A stretch of DNA of 64,000 bases from an uncultured Clostridia bacterium. GTDB taxonomy: Bacteria; Bacillota; Clostridia; TANB77; CAG-508. Positions 1 to 9,887 of the stretch are shown one piece after another. The notes under the pieces were generated by a model. That model did not search any database. It saw only the letters and a list, made by a program, of their open reading frames with translations, and was not told where the DNA came from. The stretch spans positions 96,453 through 160,452 of the forward strand of contig CAQZSK010000001.1 of the NCBI GenBank assembly GCA_948934525.1, given 5' to 3'. The position numbers were made by a program, and so were the translations under genes. Numbering within the stretch: the first letter of the stretch is position 1; each line of letters starts with the position of its first letter.

Positions 1-77
1 CTAATTATATCTTTAACAAGTTTCTTTTTTGGTTTTATTTTTAATTTTTTTATTCTTTTAATTTAACCTTCTTTATA

Positions 78-1814
78 TTAAATACAAAATCCAGGGGCTA
101 CATAATGATTTTGTTCTCCTCCTGCAAACGTACATGTTCCATTTATACGAATTGCACAAAAATGAGTGTCCCCTCTCCAAGAAGAAGAACGTAGCCACCA
201 GGTTCCTGCTGTACCAGAAGGACTTGTCTTTTTTGCAAAGTTTTCATTTGCTTCATTCCATATTGGATTAATTTGTTTATAGTATTGATATTGTATTCCT
301 TCTTGTGTTACCGCATTTCCTACATGTCCACTGCCATCTCCATTATTCCAAATTTCTCCACAAGATAATAACCATAAATAATCATTACAAGTACTTGTAC
401 TTGCCTGATTATTTATTGGAATATATTCTTTTATTACTTGTTTAATATATGATTTGTTACTTAAATTTGCTCCGCTTCCTCCTATTGCTCCTGCTTGAAC
501 AGCATCATAATTTGCATATCCATTTAACAATCGTCTGATTAGCGTTTTTTCCCATCCACCATAATTTGTTCCATCTTTTATTTTCCAATGTTGATCTGTT
601 ATAAAGTCATAAAATTCAAAACTAATTCCTGCTTTATTATGATTTCCTCCATATACAGTTGTATCTACTAAATTATCATGTTTAAATCCTAATACTCTTA
701 CTCTTCTTACTTCTCCATTATACTTAACTTCAAAAATATCGCCTACTTTAATATCATATTTTTCTCCTTTTTCTGTCTCTCCTGTTGCTCGTGGCGAATT
801 ATTATTTATATTTTCATCATTTGCTATTGCTTTAGCTATTCTATTTATCTTTTCCCATATATCTACCACTGTAACTACACAACTTGCTGTCTTTCCACTT
901 CCATCATTTGCTGTTACTGCTATTGTTGCTGTTCCCATCGAAACTGCTGTTACTAATCCTGTTTCACTTACTGTTGCCACATTATTATTGCTTGAACTCC
1001 AGTTTATTGTTTTATCCTCTGCATTTTCTGGCTTTATTGTTGCTGTTAATTGTAATGTTTCTTTTTCTTCTATTTTTGCAGCTGTCTTATCTAATGTAAT
1101 TTCAGATACTAATATTCCAGTAATTTCACTAATAGCTTCCCACTGTATATCTTCTCCATCTTTTCTTATTACTGCTTTTATTTTATATTTCTCTCCTGCT
1201 ATTAGACCAGTTATACTTCCTTCTAGATTTTCATTTAATGTTACTAATGTATATCCTTCTATATTATTTTCCGCTTCATTCTCTATAACTTCACTCATCT
1301 TTTTATAATAGCATGTAACTTCTCCGCCTTCTAGTCTAGCTAATATTTTTATATCTATACTTGTCTTTGTTTTACCTGTTACAACTATTTTTCTAATTCT
1401 AGGCAAAAGTTTTCCAGCTTGGCCTATATATTCAATTTCTGCATCTGTTGGTTTTTCTTTATTTGGCATTAGTTCTATCTCGAATACATAACCTGGTTTT
1501 GTAGTTACTTCATATGTTCCATCTTGATAATCTACTACATCTTTCTCTTTGCTGTTAATAATGCCTTGCTCTTCTATATATTCAAAATATTTATCTGGAT
1601 TAAATGTTCCTAATCCTTCTATTATAATTGGACCTTTGGCTAATTCTAGTTTATCCTTCCACATTGCTATATCCGTTTTTAATTTTGCCTCTGATGCTTT
1701 ATTAAAAATACTGCTATCTCCTACTACGTATGTAATTGTTATTCCTGCTAAGATTAGCAGTACAACTATGGTTACAACCAAGGCATTCATTATTATCTCG
1801 ACTAATATTCCCAT
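78..1814 (-). CDS. Membrane-anchored surface protein with a bacterial Ig-like (Big_2) domain and a C-terminal Cys-containing W-x-SSS domain (DUF1566/FISUMP-like)
   Basis: 578-aa ORF. N-terminal hydrophobic helix (ALVVTIVVLLILAGITI). Big_2-like stretch TLQLTATIKPENAEDKTINWSSSNNNVATVSETGLVTAVSMGTATIAVTANDGSGKTASCVVTVV. C-terminal GTWWLRSSSW...FCAIRINGTC motif. Confidence 0.45.
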   Translation of the reverse strand: MGILVEIIMNALVVTIVVLLILAGITITYVVGDSSIFNKASEAKLKTDIAMWKDKLELAKGPIIIEGLGTFNPDKYFEYIEEQGIINSKEKDVVDYQDGTYEVTTKPGYVFEIELMPNKEKPTDAEIEYIGQAGKLLPRIRKIVVTGKTKTSIDIKILARLEGGEVTCYYKKMSEVIENEAENNIEGYTLVTLNENLEGSITGLIAGEKYKIKAVIRKDGEDIQWEAISEITGILVSEITLDKTAAKIEEKETLQLTATIKPENAEDKTINWSSSNNNVATVSETGLVTAVSMGTATIAVTANDGSGKTASCVVTVVDIWEKINRIAKAIANDENINNNSPRATGETEKGEKYDIKVGDIFEVKYNGEVRRVRVLGFKHDNLVDTTVYGGNHNKAGISFEFYDFITDQHWKIKDGTNYGGWEKTLIRRLLNGYANYDAVQAGAIGGSGANLSNKSYIKQVIKEYIPINNQASTSTCNDYLWLLSCGEIWNNGDGSGHVGNAVTQEGIQYQYYKQINPIWNEANENFAKKTSPSGTAGTWWLRSSSWRGDTHFCAIRINGTCTFAGGEQNHYVAPGFCI

Positions 1815-1874
1815 CTTTATATAACTTTATAAACAAAAATAGTATAACAAAATTGTTATACTATCTCTTTATAT

Positions 1875-3509
1875 TTATAATCCAAATCTTGCTTTATCTA
1901 TTTCATAATTTAACTGTATTTCTGCTTTTGATAATGCTCTATTATAAATTTGCATACTATATAATTGTATATTGGCATATGGATGATTTTGATTTCCCCC
2001 ACCAAATGCTCTTCCTATTTCTATTGCGTTATTATTCCATTTTGAATTCATAACAGTTTGGTTTTCTGTAATCATTTTATTGTTACAATAAATTCTATTA
2101 TATTGTTTTGTATCCTGTCCCATATAAGTTATAATTACATTTTTGATCTTACCATTTTCAACACTATTTGGCTCTCCATAAACCCAAGTATTAGAATCAT
2201 TCATAGCATAAGTATTTGCATTTGCAATATATGCTCCATATTGACTGCCATAGCCAAAATAAATACTTCCTTCTTTTGCCTCATTAGAACTCAAAACTGC
2301 TGGTGCTTTATTAGCTGGCATAGATAGCACTTTATAAGTTGCACATATTGTAATATCATCATATTGTGATAAGTCTAAATTTTGAATTGTTGCAAAATCA
2401 TCAATTCCATCAAAAATCAAACTATTTTCTGTCCATCCACTACTTTCTGATTGTGTAAAATTTGATAATGTTGCATCATAGTTATTACCACTTAAATCTT
2501 TCCAAGTCCCACTATTAGAATTGTGCGCTGTGCCTGCATTATTTGTAGCATCATATCTAGCAAGTAATCCATTTGAAATATAGTCATTTTCTCCTAATGT
2601 TATTTCATACCTTTCTTTATCTAATGTATAATTTGCTAATCTTTCTTCTTCTGTTAAAATACGATTGTAAATACGAAGTGATTGTAATTTAAACCTTTTA
2701 TTTTTATTATGTGTACTATCTTTTCCTTTTCCAACTGTTAATGTACTTACATTTGTCTTTAGAGATTGAAAGTTAACCTCCTCTTTTGCTTGTAGATTTG
2801 TATAATAATTAGTTGTATGATTTGTACTATTATAAGTAATAGTAGTCGTATATATCTTTCCTTTTTCAAAGGCCTTATTATTTATGCCTTCATTGGCTTG
2901 ATTACTATAAGTGTTAATATTCATTCCATTATTTTGATAAATAATATCATTTAAATTGTTTGTACTCTGAGTTCCTATTCCAACTAAATTCTCTACTCCC
3001 TCTTCTTCTAAAGAACATACAATTTCAATTGTTCTTGAAGTATTGTCTAAAGTAATGGTATCTTCAGTCTCAAAATAATTAGTTTCTGGATTTATAAAAT
3101 CATATGATTTATCATTCCAAGTTACTTCTCCAGTGCCTTTGTATGTTAGGTCATGGCTTTTACCACTTAAGTCTTTCCAAACCTTTATTGTATTACTATG
3201 TCCACTTCCTGTATTGTTAATCGCATCATAAAAAGCTTCTAGTCCTTCTGATACATAAGATTTTGTATCAGCTGATTCTTGATATAAGCTAATTGAATTA
3301 GTTTGTCCAATCCCTTGTGCATAAATTTCTTTAATTTTCACTAAAGTTCTTAATTGGCTTTTGCGTACACTATTTGTAGTTAAGAAAACACCACCTAATA
3401 TCAAGATTAAACTGAAAATGGCAGCAATGGCAAATACTGTAACAGAACCTTTTTCTTCTTTGATTAACTTTTCTTTTGACATACTTAAACCTCTCTTATT
3501 CTTTATCAT
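1875..3509 (-). CDS. Membrane-anchored protein with two LamG/concanavalin-A-like lectin repeats
   Basis: 544-aa ORF. N-terminal TM (VTVFAIAAIFSLILILGGVFL). Two repeats of the LamG_3-like motif W(K)DLSG..(H/Y)D(L/A)T...W.....FDGIDDFATI. Confidence 0.45.
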   Translation of the reverse strand: MIKNKRGLSMSKEKLIKEEKGSVTVFAIAAIFSLILILGGVFLTTNSVRKSQLRTLVKIKEIYAQGIGQTNSISLYQESADTKSYVSEGLEAFYDAINNTGSGHSNTIKVWKDLSGKSHDLTYKGTGEVTWNDKSYDFINPETNYFETEDTITLDNTSRTIEIVCSLEEEGVENLVGIGTQSTNNLNDIIYQNNGMNINTYSNQANEGINNKAFEKGKIYTTTITYNSTNHTTNYYTNLQAKEEVNFQSLKTNVSTLTVGKGKDSTHNKNKRFKLQSLRIYNRILTEEERLANYTLDKERYEITLGENDYISNGLLARYDATNNAGTAHNSNSGTWKDLSGNNYDATLSNFTQSESSGWTENSLIFDGIDDFATIQNLDLSQYDDITICATYKVLSMPANKAPAVLSSNEAKEGSIYFGYGSQYGAYIANANTYAMNDSNTWVYGEPNSVENGKIKNVIITYMGQDTKQYNRIYCNNKMITENQTVMNSKWNNNAIEIGRAFGGGNQNHPYANIQLYSMQIYNRALSKAEIQLNYEIDKARFGL

Positions 3510-3548
3510 TTTATTGATATTTTTCCTGTATTTATCATAAACAAAAAA

Positions 3549-4814
3549 CTATTTTCTGTCAATTGATTTTATCCAATTTATTCTTTCTTGATGCAGTTTT
3601 TCGCCAAATTGCTTTCCTATTAAATTTGGATATTGTTTTTGAATTCTATTACCTGTTATTTGTGTAAGACATTGTTTCCCTATTGTAGCAAAATAAATTT
3701 GGTCGAAAGTAGATTGTAAGTTTTCTTGATAACGATTTTTATCACTAGCAACTACAATTTTTAATCCTTCCAAACCTAATATAGACTTTCCTACATTTTC
3801 TATTAGTTCTACCTGCTTTCTTGGTGTCATTTGTTCAAAGATTCCACCTTTCATGTGCCATTTAGCTGCAGTTTTTCCACATTTTATCCAAGTAATTGGT
3901 ATTCCTATTCGCTTTCCTAAATTTTGTACTAGCCTCACCCCATTTTCGTCATGTCCATAATGATGTGGTAACATATTTTTTGGTGTTAAGCCTTTACCAA
4001 GGTCATGGACTAAACAGCTAAATCGAATCTCTAAATTATTTGTTAATTTTGCTGCATTGTCTACCACTATCATGGTATGATTATAACTATCTCCCTCTGG
4101 ATGATATTTTTCTGGCTGTGTTTGGCCTATTAAATTTGCAATTTCTGAGAAATGTATTTCTAATACCTTTGCCTGTCTTAACGTTTGAAAAAATAAAGAG
4201 GGTTTTGAGCTTGCCAATGCTTTTCGAAACTCTGCAAATATTCTTTCTTTTGAAAGAGTTGATAATTCTAATTTTAATTGGTTCATTGCTTTTAGCGTAT
4301 CTGACTCTACTATAAAATTCTGTTTCTCGTTTTCTTGATATAGTGTGGTCATAAATCTAGCAACTCTATATACTCGCAAAGGATCTTCTGAAAAGGCATC
4401 TGTCGTTTTTCTTAAAATTCTTTTCTGAATATCCTCTTTTCCATGGAATGGATCTATTATTTCTCCAGTTAAAACATTTTGTGCAATACTATTGATTGTT
4501 ACATCTCTTCTTGCTAAGTCTTCTTCTATGGTTATTTCTGGACTTGCAAGAAATTCAAATTCTTTATGCCCCTTTCCTGCTTTTTTCTCTTTTCTAGCTA
4601 GTGCAACTTCTTTTTTATTGAGAACAAAAACAGGAAAATTCCTTCCTTGTATTTTAGCTTCTGGAAAAAGGTCCTGAAATTGTTCTTTGCTTATCCCTGT
4701 TACACAATAATCTTCCTCTGTTACAGGTATATTTAATAGTCTATTACGAATGGCTCCCCCAACCAGATATAAAGTTCCTCCTGCCTGTTTGATTTTTTCA
4801 GCAATTTCTTTCAT
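3549..4814 (-). CDS. cca: CCA-adding tRNA nucleotidyltransferase (PolyA_pol head domain plus HD domain)
   Basis: 421-aa ORF. Nucleotidyltransferase motif LYLVGGAIRNRLLN..P..EDYCV. HD-domain residues HHYGHD. Typical Firmicutes Cca architecture. Confidence 0.85.
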   Translation of the reverse strand: MKEIAEKIKQAGGTLYLVGGAIRNRLLNIPVTEEDYCVTGISKEQFQDLFPEAKIQGRNFPVFVLNKKEVALARKEKKAGKGHKEFEFLASPEITIEEDLARRDVTINSIAQNVLTGEIIDPFHGKEDIQKRILRKTTDAFSEDPLRVYRVARFMTTLYQENEKQNFIVESDTLKAMNQLKLELSTLSKERIFAEFRKALASSKPSLFFQTLRQAKVLEIHFSEIANLIGQTQPEKYHPEGDSYNHTMIVVDNAAKLTNNLEIRFSCLVHDLGKGLTPKNMLPHHYGHDENGVRLVQNLGKRIGIPITWIKCGKTAAKWHMKGGIFEQMTPRKQVELIENVGKSILGLEGLKIVVASDKNRYQENLQSTFDQIYFATIGKQCLTQITGNRIQKQYPNLIGKQFGEKLHQERINWIKSIDRK

Positions 4815-4816
4815 GA

Positions 4817-5251
4817 TTATTTTCCTTCTATAAAATCTAAAATTTGGTATTTATCTGCTAATCCTATAATTCTGTTGACCTCTTTTCCTTCTTGAATAAG
4901 TACCAGTGTTGGAATGGACATAACTTGATATTCCATTGCTATTTGTTCCTCTTTGTCTATATCTATTTTTACAAACTTTACATTCTCATTTTCTTTAGCT
5001 ATTTCTTCTATAATTGGAGATAATATTTTGCAAGGTCCACACCATGTTGCATAAAAATCTACTAATACTATCTTTTCGCTTTTTAACACTACCTCTTCAA
5101 AGTTTTGACTTGTTACTTGTATTATTTTTGATTCCTCTTGATTGTCTTTTGCTTCTATCTGTTTATCCCTTTTGGCTCCTAAAAACACATTAATTGCTAT
5201 TAGAGCAAATATAAATGCAACAATTGAAACAATAATAATGATTTTCTTCAT
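4817..5251 (-). CDS. Membrane-anchored thioredoxin (WCGPC active site)
   Basis: 144-aa ORF. N-terminal TM helix. Classic thioredoxin motif FYATWCGPCK and downstream MSIPTLVL. Tightly linked to ccdA. Confidence 0.8.
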   Translation of the reverse strand: MKKIIIIVSIVAFIFALIAINVFLGAKRDKQIEAKDNQEESKIIQVTSQNFEEVVLKSEKIVLVDFYATWCGPCKILSPIIEEIAKENENVKFVKIDIDKEEQIAMEYQVMSIPTLVLIQEGKEVNRIIGLADKYQILDFIEGK

Positions 5252-5266
5252 AACTATTCCTCTTTC

Positions 5267-5902
5267 TTAAAAAATGATTGTATAAATTCCCGCTATAATT
5301 AATATCATTCCAGATATTTTTTTTATTATGCCATAGTGACTTTTTATATATTGAAAAATATTTTTTAATTTTTCTATTAAAATTGCTGATATAATAAAAG
5401 GTATCCCCAATCCTACTGAATAGATTAACATCATAAGAATTCCTTTTAAGATATCTTGCTCCTTGGCTATTAATAATAAGGCTGAACTTAGAAAAGTCCC
5501 TATACAAGGAGTCCAGCTAATGGAAAATAAAATGCCAAATAATATTGCTTTCCAGAAGTTTAAATTCTTATGATTGATATTTCTCATATTTGTTTTGTTT
5601 AAAAATTTAATCTGTAATATTTCCATATAATTTAAACCAAATAGGATAATTAAAATTCCAAAAACAATTTTAATATATCTCATATTATTTACAATTAAGT
5701 TACCTATACTACTTGCAAATACCGAAAGTAGTAGAAAAACACTTGTAAATCCTGTAACAAATCCCATAGAATTAATAAGGGCTTTACGTGTATTGGAGTT
5801 ATCTTCTCCTATAAAATACGATATATAAATTGGTATCATTGGTAACAAACAAGGCGATATAAAGCTTGCTATTCCTTCTAAAAAGATCAAAAAATAGTCC
5901 AT
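5267..5902 (-). CDS. ccdA: Cytochrome c-type biogenesis/disulfide-transfer membrane protein CcdA (DsbD-like)
   Basis: Polytopic membrane protein with the conserved Cys (ISPCLLPMIPIY and WTPCIG). The ORF-track start at 5986 is probably too long. The internal ATG at 5902 (MDYFLIF...) has a strong RBS, aaagaggag. Confidence 0.75.
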   Translation of the reverse strand: MDYFLIFLEGIASFISPCLLPMIPIYISYFIGEDNSNTRKALINSMGFVTGFTSVFLLLSVFASSIGNLIVNNMRYIKIVFGILIILFGLNYMEILQIKFLNKTNMRNINHKNLNFWKAILFGILFSISWTPCIGTFLSSALLLIAKEQDILKGILMMLIYSVGLGIPFIISAILIEKLKNIFQYIKSHYGIIKKISGMILIIAGIYTIIF

Positions 5903-6073
5903 AATTTCTCCTCTTTTGCTTAATTTTGATAAATCTGTTAATACTATTATATATGTATGATTTCCATTTTGCAATAATATAATCATACATATCGGTCAAT
6001 TTTCTTGACATTACCTTGATTTAAGAATAGAATTAATTCATAAAAAAAATATAAAAGGAGGAAACTTATCTAC

Positions 6074-6655
6074 ATGAAAGATTTAGTTGAAATTAGATGG
6101 CATGGTAGAGGTGGCCAAGGTGCTAAAACAGCTTCTTTATTATTAGCAGATGCTGCTTTTAACACAGGAAAATATATTCAAGGTTTCCCTGAATATGGTC
6201 CTGAAAGAATGGGTGCACCAATTACTGCCTATAATCGTATCAGTGATAATCCTATTCGTATTCATAGTAACATCTATGAACCTGATTATGTAGTTGTTGT
6301 AGATGATACACTATTGGAAAGTGTTGATGTAACAGCTGGCTTAAAGCAAGATGGTGCTATTGTTATTAATACTACTAAGGGAAAAGATTATTTAACTAAA
6401 GTACTACGTAATTATTCTGGTAGTGTTTACACTATAGATGCTAAAAAAGTATCTATAGAGGCTTTAGGAAAATATTTTCCTAATACCCCAATGCTTGCTG
6501 CTATTGTAAAAGTAGCTGGTATTATGGAAGAAAAAGACTTTTTAGAAGATATGAAAAGCTCTTTTGGACATAAGTTTGCGAAAAAACCAGAAGTTATTGA
6601 TGGTAATATGAAAGCTTTGGAACTTGCTTTGAAAGAAGTACAAAAAATGCAATAA
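6074..6655 (+). CDS. porG: 2-oxoacid (pyruvate/ketoisovalerate):ferredoxin oxidoreductase, gamma subunit
   Basis: 193-aa ORF with the POR gamma-family signature (RWHGRGGQGAKTAS...GFPEYGPERMGAP). First gene of a gamma-delta-alpha-beta operon. Confidence 0.85.
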   Translation: MKDLVEIRWHGRGGQGAKTASLLLADAAFNTGKYIQGFPEYGPERMGAPITAYNRISDNPIRIHSNIYEPDYVVVVDDTLLESVDVTAGLKQDGAIVINTTKGKDYLTKVLRNYSGSVYTIDAKKVSIEALGKYFPNTPMLAAIVKVAGIMEEKDFLEDMKSSFGHKFAKKPEVIDGNMKALELALKEVQKMQ

Positions 6656-6673
6656 TAATTTGTTGGTTAAAGG

Positions 6674-6727
6674 TGTGTCCCCTATCTGACACTTTTGTCA
6701 GAAAAAGGAACGTCCCCAAACTGACAC
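6674..6727. repeat. ACGTCCCC-containing palindromic intergenic element, copy 1 (between porG and porD)
   Basis: gtgtcccctatctgacac ... gtcag ... acgtccccaaactgacac. Nested inverted repeats read directly. Confidence 0.6.
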
Positions 6728-6742
6728 GAAAGGAGACTAATA

Positions 6743-7045
6743 ATGTCAACAAAAATAGATAAAAATACTCCTGTACAAGATATGACAATTGCTGGAAATA
6801 TCTATGAAGCAGGAAATGCAATGGAATTTAAAACTGGTGACTGGAGAAGTATTAGACCAAAATATATATCTGAAAAATGTACACAATGTGGCTTATGCTT
6901 CCCTGTTTGTCCAGATAATGCCATCCCTGTTGGTAAAGACCAAAAACGTACAGATTTCAATTATGATTACTGTAAGGGATGTGGCGTATGTTCTAAAGTA
7001 TGTCCTTTTAAAGCTATTGAAATGGTGGATGAGGGCGAAAAATAA
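6743..7045 (+). CDS. porD: 2-oxoacid:ferredoxin oxidoreductase, delta subunit (2x[4Fe-4S] ferredoxin-like)
   Basis: 100-aa ORF with two CxxCxxCxxxCP motifs (CTQCGLCFPVCP, CKGCGVCSKVCP). Confidence 0.85.
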   Translation: MSTKIDKNTPVQDMTIAGNIYEAGNAMEFKTGDWRSIRPKYISEKCTQCGLCFPVCPDNAIPVGKDQKRTDFNYDYCKGCGVCSKVCPFKAIEMVDEGEK

Positions 7046-7066
7046 GGAGAGAAAGGAATAAAGAAA

Positions 7067-8249
7067 ATGGGAATTAGAGAAAGATTAAGTGGAAATGAAG
7101 CTGCTGCTATTGCAATGAAACAAATTAATCCTGATGTAGTAGCTGCCTTCCCTATTACTCCTTCTACTGAAATACCACAATATTTTTCTACTTTTGTTAG
7201 TAACGGATCAGTAGATACAGAATTTGTGGCAGTAGAAAGTGAGCATAGTGCAATGAGTGCTTGTGTTGGTGCAGAAGCTGCAGGAGCAAGAGCTATGACA
7301 GCTACTTCTGCAAATCGGTTTGTCTTTTATGTGGGAGATGATTTACATTGCTTCTAGTTTAAGACTTCCTATTGTTATGTCATTAGTTAATCGTGCTGTT
7401 TCTGGTCCTTTAAATATTCATTGTGATCATTCAGATGCTATGGGTGCAAGAGATAGTGGTTGGATTATGCTATTTTCAGAGAATAACCAAGAAGCTTATG
7501 ATAATTTAATTATGGCTCATCGTATTGCAGAACATAAAGATGTATTATTGCCTTTAATGGTTTGTCAAGATGGATTTATTACATCACATTCTATTGAAAA
7601 TATTGAATTACTTGAAGATGATAAGGTAAAAGAGTTTGTAGGAACTTATCATCCTGAACATTATTTACTAAATGAAAAAGAACAAATGGCAATTGGACCT
7701 TTAGATGTTCAATCTTATTTATTTGAACATAAATATCAACAGGCTGAAGCTATGAGAAATGCTAAAAAGGTAATTTCTGAAGTAGCTAAAGACTTTGAAA
7801 AAATGACTGGTAGAAAATATTCTTTCTTTGAAGAATATATGTTAGAAGATGCTGAAATTGCTATCGTTTGTATGAATTCTACCGCTGGAACTGCTAAAAC
7901 AGTAGTCGATGAATTAAGAGCAAATGGTGTTAAAGCAGGATTATTAAAGGTTCGTATGTTTAGACCTTTCCCTACTGAAGAAATTGCAAATAGCTTAGGA
8001 CATTTAAAGGCTATTGCTGTTATGGATCGTAGTGATTCTTTAAATGGTGCTGGAGGTGCTCTGTTTGAAGATGTCGTTTCAAGTATGTATGTAGGACAAA
8101 AACAAGTACCTACTGTAAGTTATGTTTATGGAATTGGTGGTAGAGATACAACCTCTAAAGATATTCATGAAGTATATAGCTATTTACAAGAGGTTGTAGA
8201 TAGTGGAAAAATAGATAATCCATATCGTTATGTTGGATTAAGAAAATAG
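7067..8249 (+). CDS. porA: 2-oxoacid:ferredoxin oxidoreductase, alpha subunit. Reading frame interrupted by one extra C at 7316 (in-frame CGG).
   Basis: ORF-track fragments 7067..7357 and 7320..8249. The upstream frame reads ...TATSAN-CGG. Removing c7316 gives ...TATSANGLSFMWEMIYIASSLRLPIVM, the conserved PorA sequence. The rest of the alpha subunit is intact. Confidence 0.8.
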
Positions 8250-8250
8250 T

Positions 8251-8351
8251 GTCGCACTTAGGGACGTTAGTTAGTACGACATTTTGGAAAAAATTAGAAA
8301 AATGTCGCACAAGGGACAGATGTCGCACTAACTAACGTCCCCAAGTGCGAC
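8251..8351. repeat. ACGTCCCC-containing palindromic element, copy 2 (between porA and porB)
   Basis: 24-nt perfect inverted repeat: gtcgcacttagggacgttagttag (8251-8274) and ctaactaacgtccccaagtgcgac (8328-8351). Internal gtcgcac...gggac copies. Confidence 0.65.
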
Positions 8352-8371
8352 AAAATGAAAGGAGATTTAAA

Positions 8372-9322
8372 ATGTATAATGTAAAAGAAATAGTAGCAAA
8401 TAGACCTTCTAGATTTACTTCAGGACATAGAATGTGCGCTGGTTGTGGTGCTCCTCCTGTTGCTAGAATGGTTCTTCGTGCTTTAAAGCCAGAAGATCAT
8501 GCAGTAATAGCAAATGCTACTGGTTGTATGGAAGTTTCAACTTTTATGTATCCATATACTGCTTGGACAGATTCATATATTCATACAGCATTTGAGAACG
8601 CTGCTTCTACACTTTCTGGTACAGAAGCTGCTTATCGTTCTATGAAAAAGCAAGGTAAGTTGCCAGCTAATGGAGATACAAAATTTATTGCTTTTGGTGG
8701 AGATGGTGGAACTTATGATATTGGTATTCAAGCTTTATCTGGCGCTATGGAAAGAGGTCATGACATGGTTTATGTATGTTATGACAATGGTGCTTATATG
8801 AATACTGGTATTCAACGTTCTTCTGCTACACCAAGATTTGCAGATACTACCACATCACCTGCTGGTAAGGTTATTCCAGGTAAAATGCAATCTAGAAAAG
8901 ATTTAACAGAAATAATGGCATCACATCATTTACCATATGTGGCTCAAACTATTGCCTTTGCTAATTTTAAAGATTTATATGAAAAGTCTGAAAAAGCAAT
9001 TTATACAGAAGGTGCTTGTTTTTTAAATGTATTAGCACCATGCCCTAGAGGGTGGGGATATCCAACAGATATGTTAATGCAAATTAATAAGCTAGCAGTA
9101 GATACTTGTTACTGGCCATTATATGAAATCATTGATGGTAAATATGTGATTAATTACAAGCCTGCTAAAAAGTTACCTATTGAGGAATTTTTAAGACCAC
9201 AAAAACGCTTTAGCCATATGTTTAAAGAAGGAAATGAGTGGATGATTGAAGAATTCCAAAAAGAAGTAGATAAACGCTGGGAAGAACTTTTAGCCTTAGA
9301 AGAAATGGGCAAAGAAAAATAG
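8372..9322 (+). CDS. porB: 2-oxoacid:ferredoxin oxidoreductase, beta subunit (TPP-binding)
   Basis: Cys cluster and TPP-binding motifs (CAGCGAPP..., GDGGTYDIG). The ORF-track start at 8345 lies inside a palindromic repeat element. The ATG at 8372 (MYNVKEIV) has RBS aaaggag. Confidence 0.85.
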   Translation: MYNVKEIVANRPSRFTSGHRMCAGCGAPPVARMVLRALKPEDHAVIANATGCMEVSTFMYPYTAWTDSYIHTAFENAASTLSGTEAAYRSMKKQGKLPANGDTKFIAFGGDGGTYDIGIQALSGAMERGHDMVYVCYDNGAYMNTGIQRSSATPRFADTTTSPAGKVIPGKMQSRKDLTEIMASHHLPYVAQTIAFANFKDLYEKSEKAIYTEGACFLNVLAPCPRGWGYPTDMLMQINKLAVDTCYWPLYEIIDGKYVINYKPAKKLPIEEFLRPQKRFSHMFKEGNEWMIEEFQKEVDKRWEELLALEEMGKEK

Positions 9323-9421
9323 AAATTTGATTTTTAGACAAAAATATTATATAATATATCTATTAATGCCAAGTTGCATTATGTATTAACTGGACCTTAT
9401 TGGTCTGAAAGGAGTATAGTT

Positions 9422-9610
9422 ATGAAAGAGCGGAAGACTCTTCAACCTTTGCCAACTCATATGAGAAGTCCTAAGTTTCCTAGAAAAAGGGCAATTCGTC
9501 GTATTCAAACATGTTGTGGAGGATTTCCTTCTTCTTGTGAACATTGTCCTTATTCAGAACCTCATTGTATTGTGGAAGACAGAGATCGGGTACTTCGTCG
9601 CCGTTCCTAA
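9422..9610 (+). CDS. Small Cys-rich hypothetical protein (62 aa) with atypical codon usage
   Basis: RBS gaaaggag 7 nt before ATG at 9422. Followed by a hairpin and T-run terminator. Contains CCGG...C..C...C. Locally GC-rich with CGN arginine codons, including two in-frame CGG. Confidence 0.35.
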   Translation: MKERKTLQPLPTHMRSPKFPRKRAIRRIQTCCGGFPSSCEHCPYSEPHCIVEDRDRVLRRRS

Positions 9611-9626
9611 TTTCATAACTAGTTTT

Positions 9627-9668
9627 GCCAGTCTTCTCTCAAGAAGACTGGCATTTCTTATTTTTTAA
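9627..9668 (+). terminator. Rho-independent terminator (stem gccagtcttct / agaagactggc followed by a T-run)
   Basis: 11-bp perfect stem with a 3-4 nt loop at 9627-9652, followed by atttcttatttttt. Lies after the por operon and the small ORF. Confidence 0.6.
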
Positions 9669-9853
9669 TCATTATCTGGTTCTGGTGCTCCAACTGGGCA
9701 AACTCCTGCACAAGTACCACAACCGATGCAAGCTTCTTTATCAATTACATATTTGCTATCTCCTTGTGATATGCAAGATACTGGACAACTTGCGCTACAA
9801 GCTCCACAGCCAATACATTTATCAGTAATTTTGTATACCATATTTCTCACCAC
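9665..9853 (-). CDS. fdx: Clostridial-type 2x[4Fe-4S] ferredoxin
   Basis: 62 aa with CIGCGACSASCPV and CIGCGTCAGVCPV motifs. Confidence 0.85.
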   Translation of the reverse strand: MVRNMVYKITDKCIGCGACSASCPVSCISQGDSKYVIDKEACIGCGTCAGVCPVGAPEPDND

Positions 9854-9887
9854 CTCTCACTACTTCATTTACTTCTTTTTTGCTTTA

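Noticed and set aside
884-2327. Plus-strand ORFs 884..1099, 988..1308, 1549..1824, 1736..2053 and 2058..2327, which overlap the large minus-strand genes
   Set aside because: Low-complexity Leu/Phe/Ile-rich translations from the antisense of AT-rich coding DNA. They have no RBS or domain support and are fully embedded in better-supported genes.
1875-3509. The N-terminus of the LamG protein (and of ORF 78..1814) as a type IV prepilin/pseudopilin signal
   Set aside because: There is no G-F-T-L-x-E class-III signal motif with Glu at +5. These are simple N-terminal membrane anchors.
5190-6011. ORFs 5190..5507 and 5799..6011 overlapping ccdA and its upstream region
   Set aside because: They are out-of-frame overlaps of the CcdA gene. 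The products are Lys/Asn-rich junk and no independent evidence supports them.
6594-7061. ORF 6594..6821 (minus strand) and ORF 6789..7061 (plus strand) overlapping porG/porD
   Set aside because: They overlap genes with strong family signatures, and their sequences look spurious.
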